Assembly (NCBI GenBank): GCA_964035545.1
Contig: OZ037771.1
Coordinates: 10,792,480-10,856,479, forward strand
Length of the DNA: 64,000 nt
From: Bugula neritina
Lineage: Eukaryota; Animalia; Bryozoa
Direction: 5' to 3'
The position numbers were made by a program, and so were the translations under genes. The notes under the pieces were generated by a model. That model saw only the letters and a program-made list of their open reading frames with translations, did no database searches and was not told the origin of the DNA. Shown one piece after another: positions 22,601 to 35,559 of the stretch (positions within the stretch are counted from its first letter, which is position 1; each line of letters starts with the position of its first letter).

Positions 22601-24625
22601 CCTTCCACTTCCACAGTCCGTCCCGTGTGATAAGCGCCGCCTTCTCCTGGGCGTCGAGACTCAGAGACACTTGCCAGTAACCGCTTAACAAGTCTAACGT
22701 ACTGAAGTACTTGCTGCCAGCTAGGGCGTCCAGTAATTCATCAATATGAGGCAGAGGGTAGGCGTCCTGTATGGTTACGCTATTAAGCTTGCGGTAGTCC
22801 ACACAGAACCGCCAACTTTCGTCTTTCTTCCGGACCAACACTACCGGCGAGCTCCACGCACTGTGGGCTGGCTCGATAAGGCCGCGGTCCAGAAGATCCC
22901 GGACTTGTCGGCTAACCTCCTTCTCTTTCTTCGGCTCCAACCTGCATGTGGGTTGCCAAATAGGGACTGTCCCTGCAGTCAGCGGTATCTCGTGTCTGAC
23001 AGCTCCAGTCAGTCCCATGTCGTGATTTCCGCTGCTGAACACATCACCGTAATCGCGTAGCAACTTCGCCATAGCCTGGCATTCCTCGTCGCTCGCACAG
23101 CCAGCACAAGCTGTCTCATATAACTCCCGGATGTGTGTTGGGACAGTCCCTCGCCCCTTTTTAGGGCGTCGAGGGGGCTCTTCCGTCGCGTCTCCCAGCG
23201 ACAGGCCCACGTCCTCCTCTTGGACAGAGTGGAACCGGCCCAGCATAAATCCAGCTGGTAGCTTGATGGACTCAGTAAAAGGGTTTACGCACTGCACCAA
23301 GATCTCTCCTTGCTCAGTCAGTTGGTTCAAACTGCTGGCAAGTTGGATTCTTTCATGCGCGCCTTTGACTACCTCGAGTCCAGAGATCCGGTTGTTGTTC
23401 ACTCTGCAGTGGATAGTAGCCCGAGAGCGTTCTGGTACGGTGCAGTTCCGGATTACCTGGACACCTCCCACTAGAGGACGCCCAGACTTATCCACACAGG
23501 CGAGTTCTCGCCCGCCCATCAGCACTGCCGACTTGCTAAAGTCGATGTGGCATTTGTGCCGTTTCAAAAAAGGCATCCCGAGAATAGCATCTTCCTCTAG
23601 TTGGCTGATGACAAAGGTCTCCTGCACAGCCTGGTCTCGGACACGCCCGGTGAGTTCTACGATACCGTGTAAGGGAATACACGACCCGTCTGCTAGGGTG
23701 CCATGTTCTCCCGTATACGGTCGTACTCTGTCTCTGTCCTGGCAGGAAAGTGTCTCGAAGACCCTTCGACTGAGGATGTTCGTAGTACAACCAGAGTCTA
23801 GCAGGAAAGTGACAGCTTTACACAGGATAGTTAAGGGCAACCTTTTAGCTGCAACTGCCTTGCTGAGGTTTGCATTGTAATCATATAAGAATTCAGTACC
23901 AGTAAAATAAAATCTCACCTAATTGTGCTAGAGTCGAAATTTAAAAACTATGCTGTAGATCTTCTTTTTCTCCAGGGTAAGTTTTTTGGAGATTTCAATT
24001 TTCATTTTATTTGCAAAGTTATAGACAAAAAACTGCCCAATTTTGGCCAATTTTGCCTGAAAAGCTGACTTTTCAGTACCAGTAAAATATCTCAGCAGCA
24101 AAGCATGATATCTGAATAAAAATTGCACTGCTGGAATCCTGAGATATTTCTCCAGGGTAAGTTTTTTTATTTTTCCAATAACTCTTCTAGATTGCCCACA
24201 AATTGGTGATTTATACACTGAAAATGCCATATTTTTTCATAGTAAATTAGCAGCTCGCAGTGCTTCACGCTTCAATGGGCACGTAGGGATGAGAAGATAT
24301 TGGCGCGTACATAATAATTGCAGGCTTGCTAGCTGGCAGGCTATAATAAATAGCTTGCTTTGTACTTTGTTTATGTAGCGCCTATAATGGAATGTTGATA
24401 GATAACACAGCTCTAATGAAGGTGGCTGCTTATTGGTTGTAGTTTGATCTCAGGCTGAACAATTGCAAGTAGGCAACACGCATGCCACCCGCAGAGTAGT
24501 ATTATTCAAGAACCTAAACTACATTTTGAGAGAAATTTATGATATTCTTAGTGAGGATGCCCTTAACTATCCTGTGTACCCGCCACTTTTCCTGGTAGGA
24601 AATAACTATCTCCATGTGGTTGTAC
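19637..24625 (-). pseudogene. pol of Gypsy-C, disrupted and interrupted by the MITE
   Basis: YFLPGKVAG|KAVTFLLDSGC across the MITE; RT IYLDDIIV; RNase H ILDTDASD; integrase LTDHFTRW, IHSDQG, KFVGPY. Confidence 0.93.
23821..24576. mobile_element. 756-bp CACTA/EnSpm-like MITE, copy 2
   Basis: Same 19-bp TIRs and length as 6366-7121; 2-bp TSD TA. Excision restores the protease codons GKVAGKAVTFLLDSG. Confidence 0.92.
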
Positions 24626-24998
24626 TTTCACCCCCCCAACCCGCCCCCCGCATGCTCAGTTCTATCTGGGTAGAGTTGCGGGGGTGTTGCCCGTGGCTTA
24701 CGGGGCCTTCGGCGACGGGGCTTGTGCCTGAGCGGGCCCGAGCTCGCCACTGGGCCTGCCGCCTCTACAGCAGTGGCGGGCTCCTCTTCCTTGGGTAACC
24801 GGTAAAAACGGTTAGCGAGTGGCAGGGAGAAGGTACCTGGCCGCCGTGGAGGTCGGCTGATCTTGCGTGGTATCTGCCATTCGTGGTAAGAATACCGTCG
24901 CGTCTGTACAGGCGGCCGGCAGTGGGTCCCGCTGTGGTCCTTTAGTCTCGGCCCGCGGAGAGGGAAGGCGTTTGCGGGCCGTGGTAGTTTAACGCCCT

Positions 24999-25859
24999 TT
25001 AATTTTGGGGGTGTCCTCTCTGGGGGCAATCCCGACTACCGCCTCTCCAGCCCAGTATCACAGATGCCATAGGCAACTGCGGGGGCCTCTGCGGTGGTTG
25101 GATGGGGTTGGTGTGAACGAGAATTGCTACCAACTGTTTTAACATCCCTGCCATGTGGTTCACCTCCGCATCTAGGGGAGAGGCTTTCGGGGCCGCTGTG
25201 GTGTGTGAGAGAGGTAGCGGTGCCGCATATCCTTCCGCGGCGTTTATTCCAACTGGTGGTGGGTTTCCTGGTCCCTTATGTAGTTGAGTGGCTAATAGGT
25301 AAGCCTCTCCGGCTTGTAGGGCGTCCCCCACCGTAGTCACTCCTTTCGCTTGCAATTGGTGGTGCAGACCCAAGTCATTCAATGACTGGACAAACGCATC
25401 ATAGGTATAGTGCTCTTGGTGTTGTACTGGTAAGTCGCTATACGCGATCTGTGCCAGCTTCTTCACCGTAGCAGTATGTTCTTGTAGCGAAGTTCGTGGG
25501 GTGCGGCATAGCCTTTGCAAGCGGGCCCTGGCGTCTACTGCAGAGATACCGAAACGGGCCAGCAGCGCAGCAAAGATCTCGCCTATGTTAGTTCCTAGTC
25601 TGTATGGCTTGGCCTGCTCCGTTAATGCTCTCCTTAGCTGAATAAGGGCCACTCTGGGTGGCCATTGAGCGAGGTCTATCACCTCTCTGAATTCTTGTAT
25701 AAACTGTTCCACATCTTCTGATCCGGTAAAGGTAGGAGCTTTCAATCGGTACCGATAAGCCTCCTCTCTTTGTAACACTGGACCTTCTGGGGTTATTGTA
25801 ATGTCAGGCTCACCTTCTCTCTGTCGAGCTGGTTCTCTCGCCATTTTTGTCGTGGTCAT
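24999..25859 (-). pseudogene. gag of Gypsy-C
   Basis: 286-aa ORF homologous to Gypsy-B gag; the zinc knuckle appears partly deleted (only ...SRDCP remains). Confidence 0.88.
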
Positions 25860-25891
25860 CAGTTAGGTTGCATCCGTGCTAGTATATAGAG

Positions 25892-25909
25892 ATCCCACCG
25901 CTGCCACCA
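25892..25909 (-). promoter_or_regulatory. PBS of Gypsy-C (tRNA-Leu)
   Basis: TGGTGGCAGCGGTGGGAT, complementary to the tRNA-Leu(AAG/UAG) 3' end. Confidence 0.92.
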
Positions 25910-25910
25910 C

Positions 25911-26226
25911 TGTTATAATTTTCAGAATTATATTGAGTATGGAGATTTGTTTATACTGTAATTATCCACGTTGCATTGTTAGAAACCAGACGGGTAATCA
26001 AGAGAGAAGAATGTTTATTTAATACACTAAGTAATGAGTAAAAAGTAGCACAAGTTTATTAACACACATATATAAAATAACTATCTTATCACAATCAGCA
26101 TCACGCTCTAACTGAACTAATTATATCAATCTGTCCGAAAGCCTTTCTGCTTTGCCGGGGGTAATCACGTGCCTAATGAGGATTGGTTCGTGATAACGTG
26201 GCATTGACGCTTCACTGGCCACTACA
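25911..26226 (-). repeat. Gypsy-C 5' LTR
   Basis: Direct repeat of 17877-18190, followed by TSD CATG. Confidence 0.95.
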
Positions 26227-29200
26227 CATGTACGTGATATAATTCGTAGACTTATTAGGAACATAATTTTTCATGTACTCGTTATTTGCTCGATTGTGTC
26301 TATGACTAATTATGCTTACTCCACATCTAATCTCTTTCTCAAAGAAAAAGAATTTTTCGTTATTGGTAATCGGATTTAACTCCAGCTCAGTCATTTTGAG
26401 CATAGCATCCCACGACAAGCCAGGAGCAAGTATAATACCAAGCCGTGTCCAATTGATAATGTTTAAGACATACGTCTCTAAAATTCTCAAACACATCCAC
26501 TAACTGTAGCACATTAACTTTTATATAAAGATCGTGGTAGTCTTTAAAAGTCTTCATATTCAACGCTTGCCAAACATCTTGAGCGCGCGGGTTTAGTCTT
26601 CATTCGATATGCCTTTCTAAGTCAAACTCGAATACAACTTTTCTTTTGACGTTAAAGAAGTTTCATCTAACACCGACTGATTGTTAAAATTGTAGTAAAT
26701 AGTGGTACGGAAAAACTCCTTTTCTTGATAATAAATCTAATTGTTTCTCAAGATAATATTTTTTCAAGTGTTTAAAGTGTCACGCTTTACATTCTCAACT
26801 AATTTTGCTAATGAAGAGCTCATAAGTTTAAATGTGTCTAAAAATTGAATTTCTCGTTTAACTTCAACTTTTTTACCCTCTTTGTCAATAAATTTGTCTA
26901 CTACTAGTTGTTTACTAAAAAATATGTATTTTTCTTCATTGTTTGGAATACACGGATTTTTACCATCTCCTAAATTCTTAATGAACAGGTGAGCATCATA
27001 TCGGGAAAAGTTGTGAATAAACACCGGATATAATTTCGGAATCTTATAATTCAGATTGCACTTATTATAAGCTGCTCTTTAAAAGCCTCCAGTTAAATGA
27101 CAATGATCTTGTACTTTGTCGTCGCCTAATTCTTTTTCGCATAAGTGACAAATTTTAGCTGCTCAAAATGATAAATTCTCTTTTGGTGTGAGTTTTATAG
27201 GTTTTGGAAATTTATGCTTTTTATACATTTGTTTAACTTCGCTTTCTATATTTTCCACAAATATTTGCCCCACCTTTTCATCTTCTAATCGCTTAGTATA
27301 ACTTTTGCACTTACAATCGCCCACAGCGGTCACCATATAAGATCCAAACCCCAAGGGCTCGTGTTTTTGATATTCTCGAGTATAACTTTCTTGAGGGTTA
27401 GGTTCACAGCTATCTATGGGTTTGGTAAAACACTCAAAATCAGCGTACACCCCAAATGGAACTCTCGTTTTACGGCAATAGTGGATGGAATTAAATTTTA
27501 TTTTATCTTCCAGTTTTGGAAAAAATCATAGCTACACCATTGTTTGATTAACACTATTCTTGATGCTTTTCCAAAGAATCTTTTGACCAAAACGTTTGCA
27601 CACAGTTTAAACAAAAATACTTTGCATTTACACGACTAATTACTTGTGAACTGAGCAGTCCGCTCAAATTTTTAATAAGTAAGAAGTAAATTTACCATTT
27701 TTCTTTGTATTTTAGATAGACTCCACGGGTACACTACTGCATCAATCATCCCATGCCAGAACATTTACTGCGATACTAGAGTTAGCTTCTTCAAAAGCTT
27801 TAATATATTTTTTATCAGCCGGAAATTCAACACCTTTCTACGATACTTTGTCAACGTTTTCCCTGTATTTAGATATTTTTTCTGCATTAACATCGGCTAA
27901 AAAAATTGATGCCAAAATGGCCCATTTGAAGCATTCTACATCTTTATTTTTTGGGTTTATCACGCTTTTTGTGCTTTTTATTTTCTTCGGAAGATTGATC
28001 AACGATGATCCTTTTAGAGGTTGATATTTGTCAATGTTGATTTCTATTCTCGTGATAGATTTAAATATCAAGTTGCTCCCTCTCGCAGGCTAAATTTTCT
28101 TTTACTTTTTCCATCATCATATCATACAATTCAGAGACATCCGTAGACTCTAATACAATTTCAACACTTGACGGAAATGGCATAATTTCTAAAATAGTTT
28201 CACCAGTAGTTATATTAATTTTTTCCATCTCACAAAATAAAAATATTTTAACTTTTATAAAAGATTTTAACAATGTTAACACTTTTGGTTTTACTAATTT
28301 GACAAATAACTCGAGATCGTGCTCTGGTAAACCCTGAATCTCATAGGTTTGAAACCAACCTCTAGCGGCTCGCTCTTTTAGCACGAGCTTAATTTTAGGT
28401 TGATTATACAATGCCATAATTTTTTCCTTAAACAATTTTATAACTGGATCTATGGCTTTTAGTGTGGGTATATAACTTGTAATCCACTGCTTCTCTAAGT
28501 CATGCATTTTTTTGTTTTATTAATCATATTTTTTACACTACGTTTTACGACTTAAGGTATTAGCGGAGCAAGTCCAACATTAGGAACCGGCTCATCCATA
28601 ATATTTGTAAGAGTCAATAGCTGTACGAGTTCAGCCTTTTTAAGTTCAGAGTATCCTTTTAGGCCTCTCCGCTTAGCCAAAGCCCCGAGGTCTTTGACCG
28701 TTGAAAACTGTTTCTTAGTTCTATCTATTTATTATATAGGAATCCTTTAAAGTCTATGAAAATCTATTTCTATATAATAAAATGGATAGGACTAAAAAAA
28801 CAATTCATCAATGAGGTTCACGCTAATCAACCGGTCCTAAGAGCAGATTGCGCTTGCCCATTGTACAGCTCTCCCTATTTATTATACAAAAATTCTTTTA
28901 AACTATGTGAAATAATTCATACCAACAATACTACTTATGTACCTGACTAGTCATAACACTGCTAGGTCAGTTGCTATATCAAGAGTTAGCTCATATTATA
29001 ATTATCATTATCTCAATTGCTAATACTATACAACTATAAGGCATTGCTGTAATTTCAATCACTAGTATCTCAATACATAAAGCAATGTGCAATATAGTTT
29101 ACATTAAATACTTAGTCTCTATATACAGCAATGCTCTACTCTTATGCGTGCACGGAATCAAGAATCATTGAGTGGTCCTGGTTCATAAAATTATTTTTAG

Positions 29201-29686
29201 AGTTGTCTCTACTTTCATGCGTGCACAGATTCCTGTATTTTTCAGGATCATTGACTGCAAAGTGGTCCAGAATCCCTATGAATTTATAATAAATTAATTC
29301 ATTTTTGGAGTTGTCCCCCACTCTTCAAAGCGTGCACGAATTCCTGTATTTTGTGTAAAGGTGAGCCAGAAAAGTGAGCCAGAACCATCAATATTCTACT
29401 ACTATTAGTAATTTGACTAAGGAACTTTATATATGAAAAATGAAAATACTCTAACTTTTAATTTATTTAATCCCTTCAAAGGCGATTATTTCAAGATTTT
29501 TGCTATATAACAGACAGGGGAAAAACAAACTCTTTCTGATCATTATAAGATTAGCAACATTGTGCATGAGCCTTAACAACATCTTCAAGGTGTGTCAAAT
29601 TCTCAGACTATATAGAGCATATAAGCAGCATTAATCACTAGTTAGAGCTAAAAGATCTAGTTTTACATGCCATAAATGTTTCTTAC

Positions 29687-31755
<2,069 letters not shown>

Positions 31756-33129
31756 TCTCCTGACAGTCTTTTAGAACACTATTTCCTCTAAGCAGTCCCG
31801 CATCCTGAAAAATGTGTCATATTTATGACTAAATTCAATTTTTGTAAACTTTGTAAAAGATTGAAGTATCTTTATTATTGTGATGCTCTGGCCAAATAAA
31901 TTGTGTCTCAGCATGAAGTCAAAATCACATCAATATCGAGCAAGCTGTTAATTTCTCAGGCCTATCCATCAGTTAGTTTATTGATATACATATTCTACAT
32001 ACTAAATTACATTATCTTTTCTATAATATGTTGTAATATAAGCTACCATTCTCTTGGGATCTTCTCAGCTTATGTCACTTTCACTTACAAAGAAGCACTA
32101 CACAACGTGCATATATTCAGAAATCGAAAAAAGCCTGTGTTCTAGATTAAAAATGGAGCAAAAAAGTTGTGTTCTCGCAAAAATTTCAATTCACACCCCA
32201 AACCAAAAGTTAATAATGGCATTAAAGAAATTAGGCTATCTCAAGTTCTCCACTGCTGCTCCTAAGTGAACTGATGCAACACTAACTGCCGTGAAGCAGT
32301 TCTCCAACACATGTAACGTAATGTTTAATTAACTATGACATTTATAGTTATAAAAAAAACTGCTGTATCCATCATATAGTATGCTGTGCAATGTGATAAA
32401 ACAAAAGGTACATAATACATTTTCTATATATAACTTGTATTGGTTCTACAAATTTATGCCAATCAGTTTCGCAGCTCCATTTAATAATCTAATATAAATG
32501 TACTGTTAGACATTCAATAGAATATAAGATATTGTCCCTAAAGTTATTATACAAAGGCCGATGGCCGCAAAATAATTACAGCTACTCAGACTTGAACTGT
32601 AGCTTCATGTTGACCTTTATTTGAGCAATGGCCAATACGACAGATATACAGTTATTGCATGCAATGTATGTGCTAGAATTCAGTGGTTCCCAACCTTTTT
32701 TATACTATTCCCCCCTTTCATAAATGTTGACTATTAATTTCCCCCCTTTCGAAGAGCAAAAAGATTTTATGACTTACGGAATGAGAATATATTATACAAT
32801 GCAATATATTTTGTTCTACTATATTTGCATATAATATAATTATCATAATAGTAATATTATCATTATTTTTATGTTATCAAACACAGGGCAGTTCAATTAT
32901 TAATGTTATGGCTTCATTTAATACTTTTGTGCCAGCTTGCTTAAGCCTGGCTCTGTGTTTGACCAGGCCCATCTTAAGTCACTCTGCGGGTTAAGGCAGT
33001 TTCTATTCTTTTTGAGATGGGAATCCTACCTCACACGGATAGGTGGTGCTGGACGGCACCAAAACTCTGCTTTGTCAGTTATGTGCGGGAAGAGTTTGCT
33101 TGTTGAAACCCAAAATTATTTGGCACACT

Positions 33130-33358
33130 GATGTTAAAATTTTCTGAACTCAAACCCCAACCCCTCCACATCAAGCCTCTAACTCTTGAACCCCAAACCC
33201 CCCACCCCCTAACTCAAACCCTACCCCCAAACTCCAGAATCCTCCCCCCAAACCCCTCTTTCAAACTCCAAGCCCCCACCCCAATATTGAAAACATGTGC
33301 CATTTTTACTTACTTTTCTATTTGTGTCATTATTACTTGTGCCATTTCTACTGGACAC
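33130..33358 (-). repeat. Short interspersed element with AAATGGCACA repeats and GGGGTT-rich tract (Helentron/HINE-like), copy 1
   Basis: The reverse complement resembles 33607-33812 (GTGTC..GTA.AAATGGCACA...GTAAAAATGGCACAT.TT.TCAATATT, then G-rich tract). Family assignment is inference. Confidence 0.55.
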
Positions 33359-33606
33359 TACCCACAATACATCAATTGGAGAAAATTTCAAATTACCCTT
33401 CATTGCTGAATTGTGAACCAACTCAATAAAATCCTCCTGTAACTCCTCTGAAAACTTTTCAACAAAGCGTTGCAATAAATCACATGTTAAGTTAAGAATC
33501 TAGCTCTTTCTTTTTGGGAGGTAGCTCAGAGAAATACCCTTAAAACTCCATTAAAAATTCAAAGAGATGCCTTGAAGTTTTTTTGAAAAATAATCTGGAA
33601 CAAGTG

Positions 33607-33812
33607 GTGTCTGGTACAAATGGCACAGGTAAAAATGGCACAGTTAATAATGGCACAACTGGAAAATTAAGTAAAATTGGCACATTTTCAATATTAACAT
33701 TAGATTTGAGCTGGGGGTTAGACTTTCAGGATGAGGGGTTTGAAGGTTTGGGTTTGGGAAAATTTAACACCAGTATGCGATTTCTACCTGTGCCATTTTT
33801 ACCTAAAATTGG
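33607..33812 (+). repeat. Same family, copy 2, with subterminal inverted repeat
   Basis: GGTAAAAATGGCACAG near the 5' end and CTGTGCCATTTTTACC near the 3' end. Confidence 0.55.
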
Positions 33813-35559
33813 AACAGGTTCTTCTTATATCAAAGTTCCTTGAGTGTAGGGAAAGACACCGTGCCTTTGATAGAGATGACACCACTTTAGTGCGTAACCT
33901 TAAAAAAATTGCCGCTGCTATGAAAGGCAATGATATGATGATTGCACTCCCGCATTTTTAGGTTCAGATTATTTAGTGTAGCAAATATATTCAATAGGTA
34001 GGTAGTATACAGTTCATAGAAATTGATGTGCATGGCTGCTAAAAGTTGGCCTGTTAGTTTTTGCATATTTTTGACTTTCATTCGGAGTAACACAGAGAAC
34101 AGTTAGGGTAAAATAATTAATAAACACACATTCATGTAGAAGTAAACTGAGATTGCAGAATATGGTTTAGTTAAACAGATGAACTATGATGAAGATTTAT
34201 AGACATGCATATACATGTAACTTGCAAGAGCTCAAAAACCGTCAACAAATTGCGTGAATTTTTCAAAATCCAAATTCCCCCCCTTAAAGTGTCCAAATTC
34301 CCTCCTAGGGGGGAATTCCCCCCAGGTTGGGAACCACTGTGCTAGATAGTGTAACACATCATTACACAGCTAGAATATAAACTAAGTTTTACACACTCTG
34401 CACAAGAAATAACATATTGACAGTTTCCTGAAAACATTCTCATAGTTGAGCTAGTAATGCTGCCAAATTTACTAATGAACCAGTGTTTGCATTTCAGAGT
34501 CTGTTTATGAATTGTAAAGTTAAATAGTGATTGAACTTGCCAGTCAGATTGCCCTATAACCTTCTCAGAATCTTCCTCAGCTTAAAGAAAAAGAGCAGAG
34601 ATAAATGTATTTAGAGACAAACAGTGAAAATTTACTACTGCTACTTTTATTGAGTGGCTCTCTATTGATTATATATTCCCTCATTTATTACCACAGCTAT
34701 ATAATCAGCAGCTATCTATATATACCATTATAATTGCAGGGATAACATACATTTTTATACAGTATGCTTATTAATATGCAGGAATTAGGATATTGATTTC
34801 ACAAGAAAGCCTGCGGCCCTTATATTTGTAAAGTATTCTAGGATGTATATATGTGGCTTGTAATCACATCCAACCCAAGGTACTTCAAGGTTAAAATATT
34901 GATTGCGTGTCAATCACTACTATAAGGTACACAACATTCATGCAGGTTCTGTTTGTATCAATGAAACTTCTTAAAAGAAAATATTAATTCCTTTCAACTT
35001 TTCTGCTGAGCTAAACTTCTTCTCATGCAAATAGGCAAATTATTTTGACTGTCAAATTTCTAGATAAAAACTTAAGGAGATGTTACCTGAAGCTGTTGAA
35101 GTCAAATTCTTAGCAAAGATTATAAGCTACTAAAGCTATAAAGTTAACGACTTTTTTATAAATTTGAGAGTTTATAGTTTACTCTGAAAAACTCATAGGT
35201 TTGATAGACAAAATACACTTACAAATGTTTGATATGTTTCCAAAAAGTTATTCTATGGCAAACAGTGCAATGTACGTAACGGCAGAAAGACTATAATAAT
35301 ATATTCATCATGAAAACAGCTGACACCAGCAATTTTCTACAACAAACTACAACAAATAATGACATTTTCCGGCATTTACTTGTTAACTTAATTTAAAATT
35401 CTTGCAGCTTTCTTGTATTTTTTCTATCAAAGATTAACGTATAACATTACAGCTGCAAACTATATTTTGCTTAGGTTGAATTCTACAAGCATGTTTGTCT
35501 TACTATCTCCGAATTTACTAATTTATTTTACACTCATGCAAGTTTTTAATCAGCTTATA

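Larger units (their letters stand above)
17877..26226 (-). mobile_element. Ty3/Gypsy LTR retrotransposon C, full length, with an extra 3' ORF
   Basis: LTRs 17877-18190 and 25911-26226 (TGT...ACA); perfect TSD CATG at 17873-17876 and 26227-26230; PBS 25892-25909; PPT GGAGGGGGCAG at 18191-18201; gag, pol and ORF3. Confidence 0.97.
9260..28728 (-). pseudogene. Protein-primed family-B DNA polymerase (pPolB) of the Polinton, in three pieces: ~28728-26227, 17876-17248, 9824-~9260
   Basis: ExoI YADFE (~27447); endonuclease VII-like DHCHLTG...AAYNKCNL (~27110-27050); ExoII HNFSRYDAHLFIK; motif A NYITYM|DANNLYG rejoined across Gypsy-C; motif B KLMNNSVFDKTIEN (~17440); PIYLGAAILD|[11 protein letters not shown] rejoined across Gypsy-B; motif C FTDADSL; C-terminal KKKIGMFKDE, NKVALSAEDDK. 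Rho-N-like helix (TVKDLGALAKRRGLKGYSELKKAELVQLL) at 28728-28615. Confidence 0.92.
3602..29403 (-). mobile_element. Decayed Polinton/Maverick (adintovirus-like) endogenous element hosting nested insertions
   Basis: After removing the inserts, the segments 26227-28730, 17248-17876, 8811-9824 and 3602-4574 give colinear pPolB, adenain-like protease and two small ORFs. The right boundary is tentative (ACTACT at 29398-29403, i.e. 5'-AGTAGT on the minus strand). The element should continue left of Gypsy-A. Confidence 0.88.
32681..34339 (-). mobile_element. Decayed hAT (Charlie/Buster-type) DNA transposon
   Basis: 16-bp TIR CAGTGGTTCCCAACCT...AGGTTGGGAACCACTG; flanks TGCTAGA(AT)T and TGCTAGAT (degenerate 8-bp TSD). 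Minus-strand transposase C-terminal remnants ELQEDFIEL and KKNRNCLNPQSDLRWAWSNTEP. Confidence 0.85.

Noticed and set aside
14593-23880. Long plus-strand ORFs opposite Gypsy pol genes (e.g. 14593-15180, 19719-20327, 23131-23880)
   Set aside because: They are antisense shadows of GC-richer coding sequence with no independent motifs.
28940-28975. Possible SAMHD1 exon 4 remnant (minus strand CTAGCAGTGTTATGACTAG)
   Set aside because: Only a faint resemblance to LAGLCHDLG codons, with a stop and no HD codons.
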